Positions 17,862-27,774 of a stretch of 64,000 nucleotides of DNA are shown here, piece by piece. Numbering within the stretch: position 1 is the first letter of the stretch; every line of letters starts with the position of its first letter. A program made the translations under genes and the position numbers. The notes beneath the pieces were generated by a model. It was not told where the DNA came from, searched no databases, and saw only the letters and a list, made by a program, of their open reading frames with translations. Source of the stretch: Candidatus Iainarchaeum sp. (GTDB taxonomy: Archaea; Iainarchaeota; Iainarchaeia; Iainarchaeales; UBA10219); contig JAGVWE010000004.1 of the NCBI GenBank assembly GCA_018304425.1, positions 96,001-160,000 on the forward strand. The letters are read 5' to 3'.

Positions 17862-19316
17862 CTAGCCCTTCACGCAAATCAGGGGCCTCACCCTAGCCAC
17901 CTTCGAACTAATCCCCGCATGGTGCACCACGTCAATGACCTGGTCAATGTCCTTGTAAGCCCCCGGAGCCTCTTCCGCGATGCCCTTCAAGCCATGGCCC
18001 TTGATGATGATTCCGCGCCTGGCCAACTCGTCCACGACCCCCTTTCCCGTCCACTGCTTCAACGCCCCCACCCTGGACATGGTCCTTCCAGCCCCATGCA
18101 CGGTGCTGCCAAAGGTTTCCTCCATCGCGGTCCGCGTGCCCTTCAAGATGTAACTCGCCGTGCCCATCGTGCCCCCAATGATGACCGGTTGCCCGACTTT
18201 GCGGTACTTTTCGGGAACCTCTTCGCGTCCCGGGCCAAAACTCCGCGTCGCGCCCTTCCGCTGCACCAGCAACTCTTTTTCCCTTCCATCCACCCGGTGC
18301 CGCTCGAGTTTGGCCGTGTTGTGCGCGACCCCGTAGAGCATGGGCATTTCCTCGGCCTTCAACTCGAACGTTTTCTCGAAGCACGTTCTCGCCAGATGCG
18401 TCAACACCTCGCGGTTGGCGAACGCGCAGTTGATGCCTGCATACACCGCGGACAAATACCGTTGCCCTTCCTCGGACTGGATGGGCGCGCACGCCAGTTC
18501 CCTATCCGGCACCGTCAACCCGTACCCGGGCATGGCCTTCTCCAGCACTTTCAGGTAATCCGAGCCCACCTGGTGGCCCAGCCCCCTTGAACCACAGTGA
18601 ATGCTGACAATCAACTGGTCGCGGAACAAGCCGAAGGCCTTCGCGGCCTCCTCGTCATAAATTTGTTCCACGTACTGGACCTCGCAGTAGTGGTTGCCGC
18701 TGCCCAGGGTGCCCAACTGCTTCTCGAATCGCGCCTTGGCCTCCGGGCTCACGTTCGCGGCGTTCGCGCCCCGAATGCACCCCTTTTCCTCCATCAACTC
18801 CAGGTCTTCCTTCAAGCCCAACCCGTTTTCCACGGCATAGTGGGCCCCCCTTTCCAGGACCTCGTCCACCCGGTCCTTGTCCAGCCGCACCTTGCCGCCA
18901 ATGCCGAGGCCCGCCGGAACCACGCGGTAAAGCTCTTCCGCCAGCCGCTCTTCCTTGCCCTTGACGTCCTTCCGCGTCAAGGGAGTGACAAACGTCTGCA
19001 AGCCACAGTTGATGTCATAGCCCACCAAACCGAACACGATGACCCCTTCTTGGAGGTCCATGGCGCCGACGCTGCCAATGCAGGCCCCGTAGCCCACGTG
19101 CAGGTCCGGCAACGCCAACGCGTACTTTTGCAGCCCCGGCAGGCAGGCCACGTTCTTCAACTGGGTGAGGGGGTTCCACTCCCCCTTCTTGACCTCGTCC
19201 AAGACGTGCCCGACAATGTAGGGGTTCGCGTACACCCTTCCAGGAACCCTCATCTGCCCGCTCATGGGCAGCTCCCAAACCCATTCACTGGCCTGCCGCA
19301 ACTCGCTCCTACTCAT
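17862..19316 (-). CDS. rtcB: RNA-splicing ligase RtcB
   Basis: LPDLHVGYG, GYDINCG, GTLGSGNHY, HCGSRG, HGAGR, EEAPGAYKD; start MSRSE overlapping the archease stop. Confidence 0.97.
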   Translation of the reverse strand: MSRSELRQASEWVWELPMSGQMRVPGRVYANPYIVGHVLDEVKKGEWNPLTQLKNVACLPGLQKYALALPDLHVGYGACIGSVGAMDLQEGVIVFGLVGYDINCGLQTFVTPLTRKDVKGKEERLAEELYRVVPAGLGIGGKVRLDKDRVDEVLERGAHYAVENGLGLKEDLELMEEKGCIRGANAANVSPEAKARFEKQLGTLGSGNHYCEVQYVEQIYDEEAAKAFGLFRDQLIVSIHCGSRGLGHQVGSDYLKVLEKAMPGYGLTVPDRELACAPIQSEEGQRYLSAVYAGINCAFANREVLTHLARTCFEKTFELKAEEMPMLYGVAHNTAKLERHRVDGREKELLVQRKGATRSFGPGREEVPEKYRKVGQPVIIGGTMGTASYILKGTRTAMEETFGSTVHGAGRTMSRVGALKQWTGKGVVDELARRGIIIKGHGLKGIAEEAPGAYKDIDQVIDVVHHAGISSKVARVRPLICVKG

Positions 19317-19738
19317 ACATCCACCACACATTCCGCGACAAACCCCTGCGGCGTTTTCCTGACCGACAACTGGTAGAAGGTCGCGGCCTTGACCTCGGTC
19401 TTGGGCTCGTGCCGGTTGGGGTCGAACTTTTCGCCCCATGCGCTGGCCTTCAGTCCCCACTGTCCGGGCCCCTGCCGGAGGTCCTTGACCTCGAACCGCG
19501 AGAACACCATGCCCTGCACGTCCCGTACGTACAACAGGTTGTTGAGGAACTCGGGCAGCAAGGCCTCCAAGTCGGAGGCGTGCGCGTCAAACTGCACCTT
19601 CTTCTTGGGCGCCACCCGTTCAACGTCCACCATGGCCGAGAACATGGCCTTCGCGCATTCCTCGAACGCCTGCTCGCAGGTCTTGCCCTTTCCCCTCACT
19701 CCGATGTCGGCGCGGTGCTCGAACAACTCGTAGGACAT
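19313..19738 (-). CDS. Archease
   Basis: YE..EH.AD.G, EVKAAT.Y.L, C-terminal DV; adjacent to rtcB. Confidence 0.95.
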   Translation of the reverse strand: MSYELFEHRADIGVRGKGKTCEQAFEECAKAMFSAMVDVERVAPKKKVQFDAHASDLEALLPEFLNNLLYVRDVQGMVFSRFEVKDLRQGPGQWGLKASAWGEKFDPNRHEPKTEVKAATFYQLSVRKTPQGFVAECVVDV

Positions 19739-19783
19739 AACAACTCCCATGACCCTTTGCAGGGAAACGTTTATAGGCTCTGC

Positions 19784-20557
19784 TTATTCGTGGCCCCTTT
19801 GTAATTCGGAAAACCGCCCTCTTGCTTCCCTTAGCCGCCTGTTGAGCCGGTATTTTTCCCCCACATCCTTCACATATTCGTCCCACAATCGTTGCAGGAT
19901 GAGCACTTCACGCAGTGCTTTCCTTTCGGGCCACGGAAGCGTATAATACAACTGATAAGTCTTGTTATCCGGGAACAATTCCCGCTTAGGCTGGCGGGCG
20001 CTCCACCGCAGGCGCAGCCATTCCTCGTAACGCTCGTGCCTGAAGAGCATTGCTTCAACTCTGGCCTTGTAGTGATAAAGCGTCTGCACGCTGACCTTCA
20101 ATTCCTTGGCCATTTCCGCCGTCGGCCGTTCTCCCGCCATAAGCCGCGTTACCAATTCACGTTGCACCCTTTTCGGCAACCTGCGCGGGTTCTCGATGCC
20201 GTGCTTCTTCGCCAACTCACTGATTTCACTCATGCCCTTGCCAGTCTTTTCAGCCACCCGCTTGAACTCGCGCCCCCCCTGCAGCAAGCGGAGCGCCCGC
20301 TGGGTCCGGTGCGTTCTCCATGACTGCAGTCCGGCGGCTCGCATGACTTGTTCCACGAAGGGCTTTGAAACGCTTTCCAGTTTTGCCACTTCAGCCGGAA
20401 ACAATTTATGGTATTTGAGCGCGTCAATGATTCGCCGAATCGACAACTCCCGTTCTTTGGGCGAACGCCATCTTTTCAGCGACTTGTGGGCAAACTTCCG
20501 GCCCCGCTCCTGGAACCGTTTGAACTCGGCCTCGATGTTGACGCGCGGCGCAGGCAT
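19784..20557 (-). CDS. Multi-HTH putative DNA-binding protein
   Basis: Three HTH-like segments (PAEVAKLESVSKPFV, FKRVAEKTGKGMSEI, TAEMAKELKVSVQTLYHY). Confidence 0.65.
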   Translation of the reverse strand: MPAPRVNIEAEFKRFQERGRKFAHKSLKRWRSPKERELSIRRIIDALKYHKLFPAEVAKLESVSKPFVEQVMRAAGLQSWRTHRTQRALRLLQGGREFKRVAEKTGKGMSEISELAKKHGIENPRRLPKRVQRELVTRLMAGERPTAEMAKELKVSVQTLYHYKARVEAMLFRHERYEEWLRLRWSARQPKRELFPDNKTYQLYYTLPWPERKALREVLILQRLWDEYVKDVGEKYRLNRRLREARGRFSELQRGHE

Positions 20558-20559
20558 GC

Positions 20560-21381
20560 TTATTTCCCCCCAATCAGGTTCCGCCAGGCCTGCGCGTGGC
20601 GCTCCGCCTGTCGGTTGAACCAGTCTGGAATCCGCAAACCTGAGGTCTCCGCATATTCAACGAATTGTGCCTCCATTTCCAACAGCTGAAGCAGCAAGTC
20701 TTTTCGCTTGGCGTGGGTGCCCTGCTCTGCCCTTTCGTAGAGGCTCTGCCGGCTGAGGACTTCCTTGAGAATGCGTTTGCCTTCCTCCCGCAATTTGGGC
20801 CACCTCAGGTGCACCCAGTCTTCAAATCTCTCGGCGTGGTAAAGAGCCTGCAACCGCAAAGCTTCTGACCTCCATTTATTCCGTTCCCGCTGGGCCGTGG
20901 AAAGCGTTACCCCTGCATTTCGGGCGGCAGCAGTGACCCCGCCGGAATCGAGTTCTGCCCTTAACCGGGCACGCTCTTCCGGCGACAGCCTACGGCCGTG
21001 CGTGGCTTCGAACCGGGACCGTTGGCCGCGCGCGGTCGCAATCCGCTTTGCCTGCTGGGTTGACAAACCCGTGGCCGTTCCCGCTGCCTGGTAGGAAACC
21101 CCTTGTCCGACCATGGCGGCCACGCGTTGTCGGCGCACCTCGCGCCCCGGGACGGGGACGAAGAACCCCTCCACCGCTTGGACAAACTTTCGGTTCACGC
21201 CGTGGCGTCTTGCTATTTTCAGTTGGGTGAGCGGCCTCCTCGAATTGGCGAGGTCGCCGACGATGCGCCAAATCGCTTGCACCCGCGCCTCCGGCGTCCC
21301 CCACTTGGCCTTGGCGCCGGAACCGAAAGAGGCCAGGAACGCTGCCTGGGTCGAAGGCCGTTTCCGTGCAAGCATACCCAT
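20560..21381 (-). CDS. Multi-HTH putative DNA-binding protein, paralog of 19784-20557
   Basis: QLKIARRHGVNRKFV, YQAAGTATGLSTQQA, VTAAARNAGVTLSTA; shared ER[YF]E[ED]W..LRW motif. Confidence 0.65.
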   Translation of the reverse strand: MGMLARKRPSTQAAFLASFGSGAKAKWGTPEARVQAIWRIVGDLANSRRPLTQLKIARRHGVNRKFVQAVEGFFVPVPGREVRRQRVAAMVGQGVSYQAAGTATGLSTQQAKRIATARGQRSRFEATHGRRLSPEERARLRAELDSGGVTAAARNAGVTLSTAQRERNKWRSEALRLQALYHAERFEDWVHLRWPKLREEGKRILKEVLSRQSLYERAEQGTHAKRKDLLLQLLEMEAQFVEYAETSGLRIPDWFNRQAERHAQAWRNLIGGK

Positions 21382-21465
21382 ATGGGGTGCGACCCCGAAT
21401 AAATAGCTTTGGCCAGCCTTCCGGCAAGGCCTTAAAAGCTTTCAACGACAAACAGCGGAGGAATT

Positions 21466-21774
21466 TCACTCTTTCAATTCGATTTCCATGTGGACGTTTT
21501 CCGGGATTTCCACGCGCATGATGCGGCGCAAAGTCCTTTCGTCGGATTCAATGTCGATGAGTCGCTTGTGGATGCGCATCTGCCAGTGCTCATAGCTTTC
21601 AGTGCCGCCTCCACAGGGGCTCTTCCGGGTGGGGATGACGAGCTTCTTGGTGGGCAGGGGAATGCTGCCCGAGTGCTTGACGCCCGTGCGTTCCGCGACG
21701 TCCAGGATTCTCACGCAAATGTCTGTCAACTTGGCGTAGTCCGCTGAACTCAGTTTTATCCTGGCTTTCTGCAT
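21466..21774 (-). CDS. rps10: 30S ribosomal protein uS10
   Basis: ARIKL.S, IPLPTK, RKSPCG.G, MRIHKRLID. Confidence 0.97.
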   Translation of the reverse strand: MQKARIKLSSADYAKLTDICVRILDVAERTGVKHSGSIPLPTKKLVIPTRKSPCGGGTESYEHWQMRIHKRLIDIESDERTLRRIMRVEIPENVHMEIELKE

Positions 21775-21789
21775 TCCGATGCCTTTCCC

Positions 21790-21830
21790 GAATAAAAATA
21801 TGGATGGGCCGGCCGCAAGGCCGGTTCCCT
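21790..21830 (-). terminator. GC hairpin plus U-rich tract between EF-1a and uS10
   Basis: mRNA CCGGCC-UUGC-GGCCGG followed by AUAUUUUUAUU. Confidence 0.45.
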
Positions 21831-21834
21831 GCCA

Positions 21835-23103
21835 TTACTTGCGTTGGTTGATGCTCACGACCATGCCGGCTGCCACGGTCTGGCCCATGTCCCGGATGGC
21901 GAACCTGCCCAGTTGCGGGAACTTCTTGAATTCTTCCACGCACACGGGCTTCAACGGCTTTACCTTGACTATTGCCGCGTCGCCGGTCTTCAAGAACTTG
22001 GGGTTCTCTTCCTTGGTGGCCCCGGTCTTGGGGTCGAGTTTCTTCTGCAATTCCACCAGGGAACAACTCAACTGTGCGGTGTGAATGTGGAACACCGGCG
22101 TGTAGTTGACCGGAATAGCGGTGGGGTGGTTCAAGACCACGATTTGGGCCGTGAAGTCGGTGGCCACTGTCGGCGGGTCGTTGGGGTGTCCAACCACGTC
22201 GCCTCTCGCGCAGTCGGTCTTTTCCAGGCCGCGCACGTTGAACCCGATGTTGTCCCCGGGCAGGGCCTGCGTCAACTGCTCGTGGTGCATTTCCACGGTC
22301 TTGACTTCGCAGACCTTTCCCGTGGGGTTGAAGATGACCTTGTCACCGGGCTTCAGGATGCCGGTTTCGACCCTGCCAACTGGCACGGTGCCAACACCCT
22401 TGATGTTGTACACGTCCTGGATGGGCAGCCTCAAAGGCTTGTCGGTCGGGGGCGTCGGAGCGACCAAGGCGTCCAAGGTGTCAACCAAGGAAATGCCCTT
22501 GTACCAGGCCATCTTGGGGGAAACCTTTGCCACGTTGTCGCCTTCCCAGGCCGAAATGGGCACGTACTTGACCTGGTCAGCCTTGTAACCGATGCCGGTC
22601 AAGAGCTTGGACACGTCGTCCTTCATGGCGGTGAACTTCTTTTCCTCGTAGCCGACCTCGTCCATCTTGTTGATGGCAACGACCAATTGCTTCAAGCCCA
22701 TGACCTGCGCGAGGAACGCGTGTTCCTTGGTCTGGGCCTGGACGCCGTCCTTGCATGACACGACCAGCACGGCCGCGTCGGCCTGGCTGGTTCCCGTGAT
22801 CATGTTCTTGACGAAGTCCCGGTGTCCAGGAGCGTCAATGATGGTGAAGTCGTTCTTCTTGGCCTTGAACTTCCGGTAGGAAACGTCGATGGTGACACCG
22901 CGTTCCCTTTCCTCCTTCAATTGGTCCATTACGTAAGCGAATACAAAGGTTCCCTTTCCCTGGGCCTCGGCTTCCGCTTTCAGTTTGCGGTAGTCTTGTT
23001 CGCTCAAAGCCCCGGTATCGTAGAGCAGTCTCCCGACTGTGGTCGACTTTCCGTGGTCGACGTGGCCGATGAAGACCAGGTTCATGTGATTTCTTTCTGC
23101 CAT
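21835..23103 (-). CDS. tuf: Elongation factor 1-alpha
   Basis: [26 protein letters not shown]; SD GGAGGTG before ATG 23103. Confidence 0.98.
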   Translation of the reverse strand: MAERNHMNLVFIGHVDHGKSTTVGRLLYDTGALSEQDYRKLKAEAEAQGKGTFVFAYVMDQLKEERERGVTIDVSYRKFKAKKNDFTIIDAPGHRDFVKNMITGTSQADAAVLVVSCKDGVQAQTKEHAFLAQVMGLKQLVVAINKMDEVGYEEKKFTAMKDDVSKLLTGIGYKADQVKYVPISAWEGDNVAKVSPKMAWYKGISLVDTLDALVAPTPPTDKPLRLPIQDVYNIKGVGTVPVGRVETGILKPGDKVIFNPTGKVCEVKTVEMHHEQLTQALPGDNIGFNVRGLEKTDCARGDVVGHPNDPPTVATDFTAQIVVLNHPTAIPVNYTPVFHIHTAQLSCSLVELQKKLDPKTGATKEENPKFLKTGDAAIVKVKPLKPVCVEEFKKFPQLGRFAIRDMGQTVAAGMVVSINQRK

Positions 23104-23307
23104 TAATGCACACCTCCAAACTTGCCGGATACGCCGGCCCTCACAAGTCAGAAGTTGCCGAAAAATCGTGCAACCCACAAATCTTGTTAGCCCCGCCCGG
23201 AGACTTGCCCCGTGGGGTTATAAGCCCCCTACAAGGGGGTTTACCATAAATCCTCTGCCTCAAGAAGGTTTAAAAAGCCATCCTCCGGCTTTTGCCGTAA
23301 AAGGCTA

Positions 23308-26300
23308 TTAGTCCATGAAAAAAGAGGCGGGCTTTGGCTCGGGTTCCATGCCCTTCCGCGTCCGGACCTCGCGAATGGTTTTGATTTGGAGTTCCTTGGG
23401 AAGCGGGTCATAGCCGGCGTACTCGGCCTGCCAGACAGCCCTTCCCTGGGTTGCCCCCCTAATCGAGGAACTGAACCCAATGAGTTCTTTCACGGGCGCA
23501 ATCCCGATGATGATGGTGGTGTCGCCCTCGGTCCGCATGTCCGTTATTTGCGTGCGCCTGGAGCCCAGCTCCCTTGAAACGGCCCCCATATAGGTTTCGG
23601 GAACCGTGATGTTGAGTTTTTGCTTGGGTTCAAGCATGATGGCGTTGCCTGAAAGCATGGCCGCATAACAGCCGCGCGTCACGCAGGGCAGCATCTGGGC
23701 CGGGCCCCTGTGAATGGAGTCCTCGTGCAAGGTCGCGTCATCCAAGATGATTTTCACGCCCTGCACTTTTTCCTTGGCCAGCGGCCCCTCATTCATCGCG
23801 TCCTGGAACCCCTGGATGACGAGTTCCTTGGCCTCGTGCAAGGCCACGATTCCCCGGGTCGCGTCGACCAGCATGTTGTGGCCATGAATGCACCAGGTCT
23901 TCTTGGCTTCGTCGCGGTCAAAGCCCATGTCAATGAGTTTCTGCACGATGACCGTGTCCTTCAGCCGTATCTTGGCGTTAATCCTTGATTCCACGAGCTT
24001 TTCAAACAACTCCGGGGGAATGGGTTCGGCCCAGATTTTGAGTTTGTTGTGCTTGTTCGGGCTCTTGGCTTCGATGACCGGGGATTCTTTCGTAATCGTT
24101 TCATGGTAGACGACGATGGGGTCGGAAGTCGTGATCTCGACACCGTGGGTCTTCTCAATCCGGTACTTGTTGATGTCCAAATGCAATTCGCCCATGCCCG
24201 ACAACAGGTGTTCCCCGGTTTCCTGGTTGAGAGTAGCTCTCAGGTTCGGGTCCTCCTTGCACAACTGCCGGATGACCTCGATGAGCTTGGGCAGGTTCTT
24301 GGTCTGCTTGGCTTCGATGGCAATGGTTATGACGGGCTCGGCCGTTGACATGAACGACTCGAATTCCTTCATGGCCACCTCGGAAAGGGTTTCCCCGGCA
24401 TAGATTTCCTTGATGCCTACCAGGGCCGCGATGTTCCCGGCCGGGATCTCGGATACCTCGACGTAGTCCGCGCCCATGAACACGCCGACCTTCTGGATGA
24501 TGACCTCTTTTTGGGCTCCGATGAGCTTCAACCGCGTGCCCTTGCGGATGCTTCCACTATACACCCTTCCCGTCGCGATGTCTCCCGCGTGGGGGTCCAC
24601 CGATACGTCCGTGCACATCATGGAGAACGGGCCCTTCTCGTCGCAGGCCAGCATGGCCTTGCCAATCTCGCTGTCCAGCTCTTCCTTGCCCCAAATCCTT
24701 GGGATACGGTATTTCTGGGCTTCCAGGGGGTTCGGCAAGTGGAGGATCACCATTTCCAGGATGGCCTCGTGCAACTGGGACTTCTGCGCCAGCTCTTTCT
24801 GGTTTTCCTTGGCACAGTAATTGTAGACGTCCTTGAAGGTTATCCCCGTGCGCTGCATGTGGGGCACGGAAATCGCCCAGTGGTTGTAAGCGGAGCCAAA
24901 GCACACCGAGCCGTTCTGGACCTTCACCTGCCAGTCGTTTTCCTTGCCTGGCGGCGCATTCTTGGCGATCAGGTTGTTGACTTGCCCGATGATTTTCACG
25001 AACTTTTCCTGCATCTGCTTTTCGTCAATCTTGAGCTCGTTCACGAGCCGGTCCACCTTGTTGATGAACAACACGGGCTTCACGTACTCCTTGAGGGACT
25101 GCCGGCAAACGGTTTCCGTCTGCGGCATGACTCCCTCCACCGCGTCCACCACGAGGATTACGCCGTCAACTGCCCTCATGGCCCGGATGACTTCGCCGGT
25201 GAAGTCAATGTGCCCCGGGGTGTCGATGAGGTTAATCAGGTGGTTCTGTCCCTTGTGCGAGTGCACCAGGGAAACGTTGGCCGCGTTGATGGTTATGCCG
25301 CGTTCCTGTTCCTGGTCCTCGTAGTCCATGAACTGCTGTTTCCCGGCCAGGTCAGGGCTTATCAGCCCGACCGAGGCAACCAGGTTGTCCGAGAGGGTGG
25401 TGTTGTGGATGATGAATCCATTGCCGATGAAGTTATGCGTTTCTTCAACCGAGAAATCGTAAACGAATTCTTCGCCTTCAACCACTTCCTTTTTCGTGAC
25501 CATCGGCGTGAAGCAGTCGAAAAAGGTTTTTTCAAGGCCCTGGATTTCTTCCCAGGCTTCTGCGTCCTTGATTTCGGGATTTCCAATGAATGAATAGACT
25601 TTTTCAAAGAAAACGTTTAGATTGGTTTGATAGACCGGCTGTTTTCTGAACTCGATGGCTTCAAAGCTCTTGGGCAGCGCCTTTAATTGGAGGCCCATTC
25701 TTTGCCGGAGCCCCCTCAGGAAATCCTGCGCAATAGGCGTTAAGTCGGTGTTCCTGTTCGGGCTATCGGATATTGCCACAAACCCGAGCAGCTTTTGGTT
25801 TTTTCTATTCAATCGGAAGCCGATTTTTTCAGCGAAAACCTTCATGTTGGCGCCTGAAATGTAAAGATTGCTCTTCTTTTCATTGAACGTTGAAAGGCAG
25901 CCAAATCGCAGCAACAGCAAGCCGGTGTCAAGCAGCATACCCTTGGATTTGCTGGAAAGACTTGCCGCCCGCCTGCTTCCCTCCACCGTTCCATCCGTGT
26001 CAAAATACCCCTGCAGGAATGCCTTAACAACCCCATTTGGCGCACTTTTAATGGGTTCAGGCACTTGAATGCTTTCCGCCTTCCTTTTTTTGGGCAACCC
26101 GAAAAAGCCGGTTAGTATTTTGTAAAATGTCAAGCCACCGCCCAAATCGATTCTGGTGGCTTTTCCGGCATACTTGCGGGTTTTCGCCTGCACGCCGAAG
26201 ATTTTTTCCATGATTTGTTCAATTGCCCGAATAATCGGCTTGTCTTCGTTGGTTATCCTTATTTCTTTCCCGCGGCTTCCGCCATCCCCCCAGATTAAGC

Positions 26301-27156
26301 CCAAGAGGTAGGCAACTTCACTGAAGTCGGCCTCGGTTTTCGGCAGTTTCACGCCCACTGAGGACTTGCCCGCCTTCCGGATGCTTTCCCTGAAGTTGAT
26401 CCGGTCAATGGAGTCATAGGTCTGGGTGTATCCAAGGGTCTGGCATAGGCCGAGATAATCCGCCAACCGGTACCGGCCATTGTAAACACAATGATAAAAG
26501 GTTTTGTCGCCCAACCGGGTGTTTACGATTTTCCCGAGTTTTTGCAAGCCGAACTCGAGCGCTTTTCGCTTGATTTCCTGCGCCGCTCTTTCCTCCACCC
26601 AGACAAAAAAACCACAGTCTTTCGCAAGACAGTTCAGCAACCGTGTTTTAAGCGCTTCAAGCGATTCCGGGGCTACATTCACTATCCTCGGCGCCAAAAC
26701 AAACTCGTTTTTATCAATGTCAACGGCCTGTCTTTCCAGTATTCTTCCTTCACCGTCCATGCAAAGGAACCGGTGCTCAGGCGTCGTTTCCACTTTCAAG
26801 CCGTTTGAAAATAGGAGTCTGACCAGTTTCCCGCCGTTTTTCAGCTTCCATGCATGCGTTATGTTTTTTGCGCACGATTGTTTTCCCTGTGTGTCGAATG
26901 AAGCGGCTTTCAGGCCCAAGCCGTCGACATTATAGATTAGTTCTTTCTTGGTTTCCTTGACAAGCTTGCCTTGCCTGGCAGCCCGCTCAAAAAGTTCTTG
27001 GGCGGTTGGAAAGGAACCATTCGCCAAGTAAACTTTAGTGGCGCCTGACACACACTTGCCGTGGTCGATGTGGGCCACAATGCCCATGTTCCGGATGTTG
27101 GGTCGGTTCGCCATCCGGGTCTGGACGTCCCGCACTACATCTTCTTTCTTGGCCAT
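23308..27156 (-). CDS. fusA: Elongation factor 2 precursor containing an intein
   Basis: AHIDHGK|intein|TTLSD, RGITI, DTPGH, NKVD, diphthamide loop LHEDSIHRGPAQ; 731 aa after splicing. Confidence 0.97.
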   Translation of the reverse strand: MAKKEDVVRDVQTRMANRPNIRNMGIVAHIDHGKCVSGATKVYLANGSFPTAQELFERAARQGKLVKETKKELIYNVDGLGLKAASFDTQGKQSCAKNITHAWKLKNGGKLVRLLFSNGLKVETTPEHRFLCMDGEGRILERQAVDIDKNEFVLAPRIVNVAPESLEALKTRLLNCLAKDCGFFVWVEERAAQEIKRKALEFGLQKLGKIVNTRLGDKTFYHCVYNGRYRLADYLGLCQTLGYTQTYDSIDRINFRESIRKAGKSSVGVKLPKTEADFSEVAYLLGLIWGDGGSRGKEIRITNEDKPIIRAIEQIMEKIFGVQAKTRKYAGKATRIDLGGGLTFYKILTGFFGLPKKRKAESIQVPEPIKSAPNGVVKAFLQGYFDTDGTVEGSRRAASLSSKSKGMLLDTGLLLLRFGCLSTFNEKKSNLYISGANMKVFAEKIGFRLNRKNQKLLGFVAISDSPNRNTDLTPIAQDFLRGLRQRMGLQLKALPKSFEAIEFRKQPVYQTNLNVFFEKVYSFIGNPEIKDAEAWEEIQGLEKTFFDCFTPMVTKKEVVEGEEFVYDFSVEETHNFIGNGFIIHNTTLSDNLVASVGLISPDLAGKQQFMDYEDQEQERGITINAANVSLVHSHKGQNHLINLIDTPGHIDFTGEVIRAMRAVDGVILVVDAVEGVMPQTETVCRQSLKEYVKPVLFINKVDRLVNELKIDEKQMQEKFVKIIGQVNNLIAKNAPPGKENDWQVKVQNGSVCFGSAYNHWAISVPHMQRTGITFKDVYNYCAKENQKELAQKSQLHEAILEMVILHLPNPLEAQKYRIPRIWGKEELDSEIGKAMLACDEKGPFSMMCTDVSVDPHAGDIATGRVYSGSIRKGTRLKLIGAQKEVIIQKVGVFMGADYVEVSEIPAGNIAALVGIKEIYAGETLSEVAMKEFESFMSTAEPVITIAIEAKQTKNLPKLIEVIRQLCKEDPNLRATLNQETGEHLLSGMGELHLDINKYRIEKTHGVEITTSDPIVVYHETITKESPVIEAKSPNKHNKLKIWAEPIPPELFEKLVESRINAKIRLKDTVIVQKLIDMGFDRDEAKKTWCIHGHNMLVDATRGIVALHEAKELVIQGFQDAMNEGPLAKEKVQGVKIILDDATLHEDSIHRGPAQMLPCVTRGCYAAMLSGNAIMLEPKQKLNITVPETYMGAVSRELGSRRTQITDMRTEGDTTIIIGIAPVKELIGFSSSIRGATQGRAVWQAEYAGYDPLPKELQIKTIREVRTRKGMEPEPKPASFFMD
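25402..27054 (-). mobile_element. Intein (551 aa) with LAGLIDADG homing endonuclease in the EF-2 P-loop
   Basis: Cys1 CVSG, block B TPEH, LLGLIWGDG and FLQGYFDTDG, VYDFSV..THNF, terminal HN followed by Thr+1; lower GC. Confidence 0.95.
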
Positions 27157-27161
27157 GGCGA

Positions 27162-27764
27162 TTACCTGGAACTCAACGCGATTCTTTCGACCTCGTCGCG
27201 TCGCTTGATGGAGAAGCTGGTGTTATCCCCTTTGGCGGCCAGGATCAGTTCCTTGGCGAGGGCCTGCTCCGCCGAGGTCTTGCTGTTGAACGACTGCGCG
27301 AAGGCCGCCAAGGCAATGTTCTTCAGCGCCTCGTCCACCCGCTTCATGGGCGCGATGTCGACCGCGACCGTGTAAGAGATGCCGCCCCGCTTGATTCGCG
27401 TGATGTCCTCCCTCGGAGCAGAGTTCTCGATGGCCTGCACGAGCACCTGCACGGGGTTTTGCTTGGTTTCCCTTTCAGCAATGGCAAAAGCCTTTTCCAC
27501 GATTTTCAGGGCCTGGATCTTCTTCCCGCAGCTGCCCCGGCCCCGGATGTACTTCCCGGACAGCTTTCGCTTGCCCTGGCCCGAGCGCATGACCTTGTTG
27601 ACCAGCCTTTCCACGACGCTCATGCGGGCCTTCTGGAAGGGGTATTCCTGCATTTTGCCGAACGTGTGGGGAACCATCTTGGTCGCCAGGTCCAGGTAAT
27701 TGGCGAGGCTCACATCGCTTATCTTCACGTCCGTGGTCTCCCAGTGGTCAAAAACCTTTCCCAT
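27162..27764 (-). CDS. rps7: 30S ribosomal protein uS7
   Basis: VERLVNK.M, NPVQVLV.AIEN.APRE, ERIA.SSR. Confidence 0.97.
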   Translation of the reverse strand: MGKVFDHWETTDVKISDVSLANYLDLATKMVPHTFGKMQEYPFQKARMSVVERLVNKVMRSGQGKRKLSGKYIRGRGSCGKKIQALKIVEKAFAIAERETKQNPVQVLVQAIENSAPREDITRIKRGGISYTVAVDIAPMKRVDEALKNIALAAFAQSFNSKTSAEQALAKELILAAKGDNTSFSIKRRDEVERIALSSR

Positions 27765-27774
27765 ATCAATCCCT

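Noticed and set aside
21775-21837. Bridging micro-ORF between EF-1a and uS10
   Set aside because: The TAATG-started frame runs deep into uS10 instead of stopping at its start
23104-23307. tRNA or other stable RNA in large spacers
   Set aside because: No cloverleaf, T-loop or rRNA/SRP signature recognised
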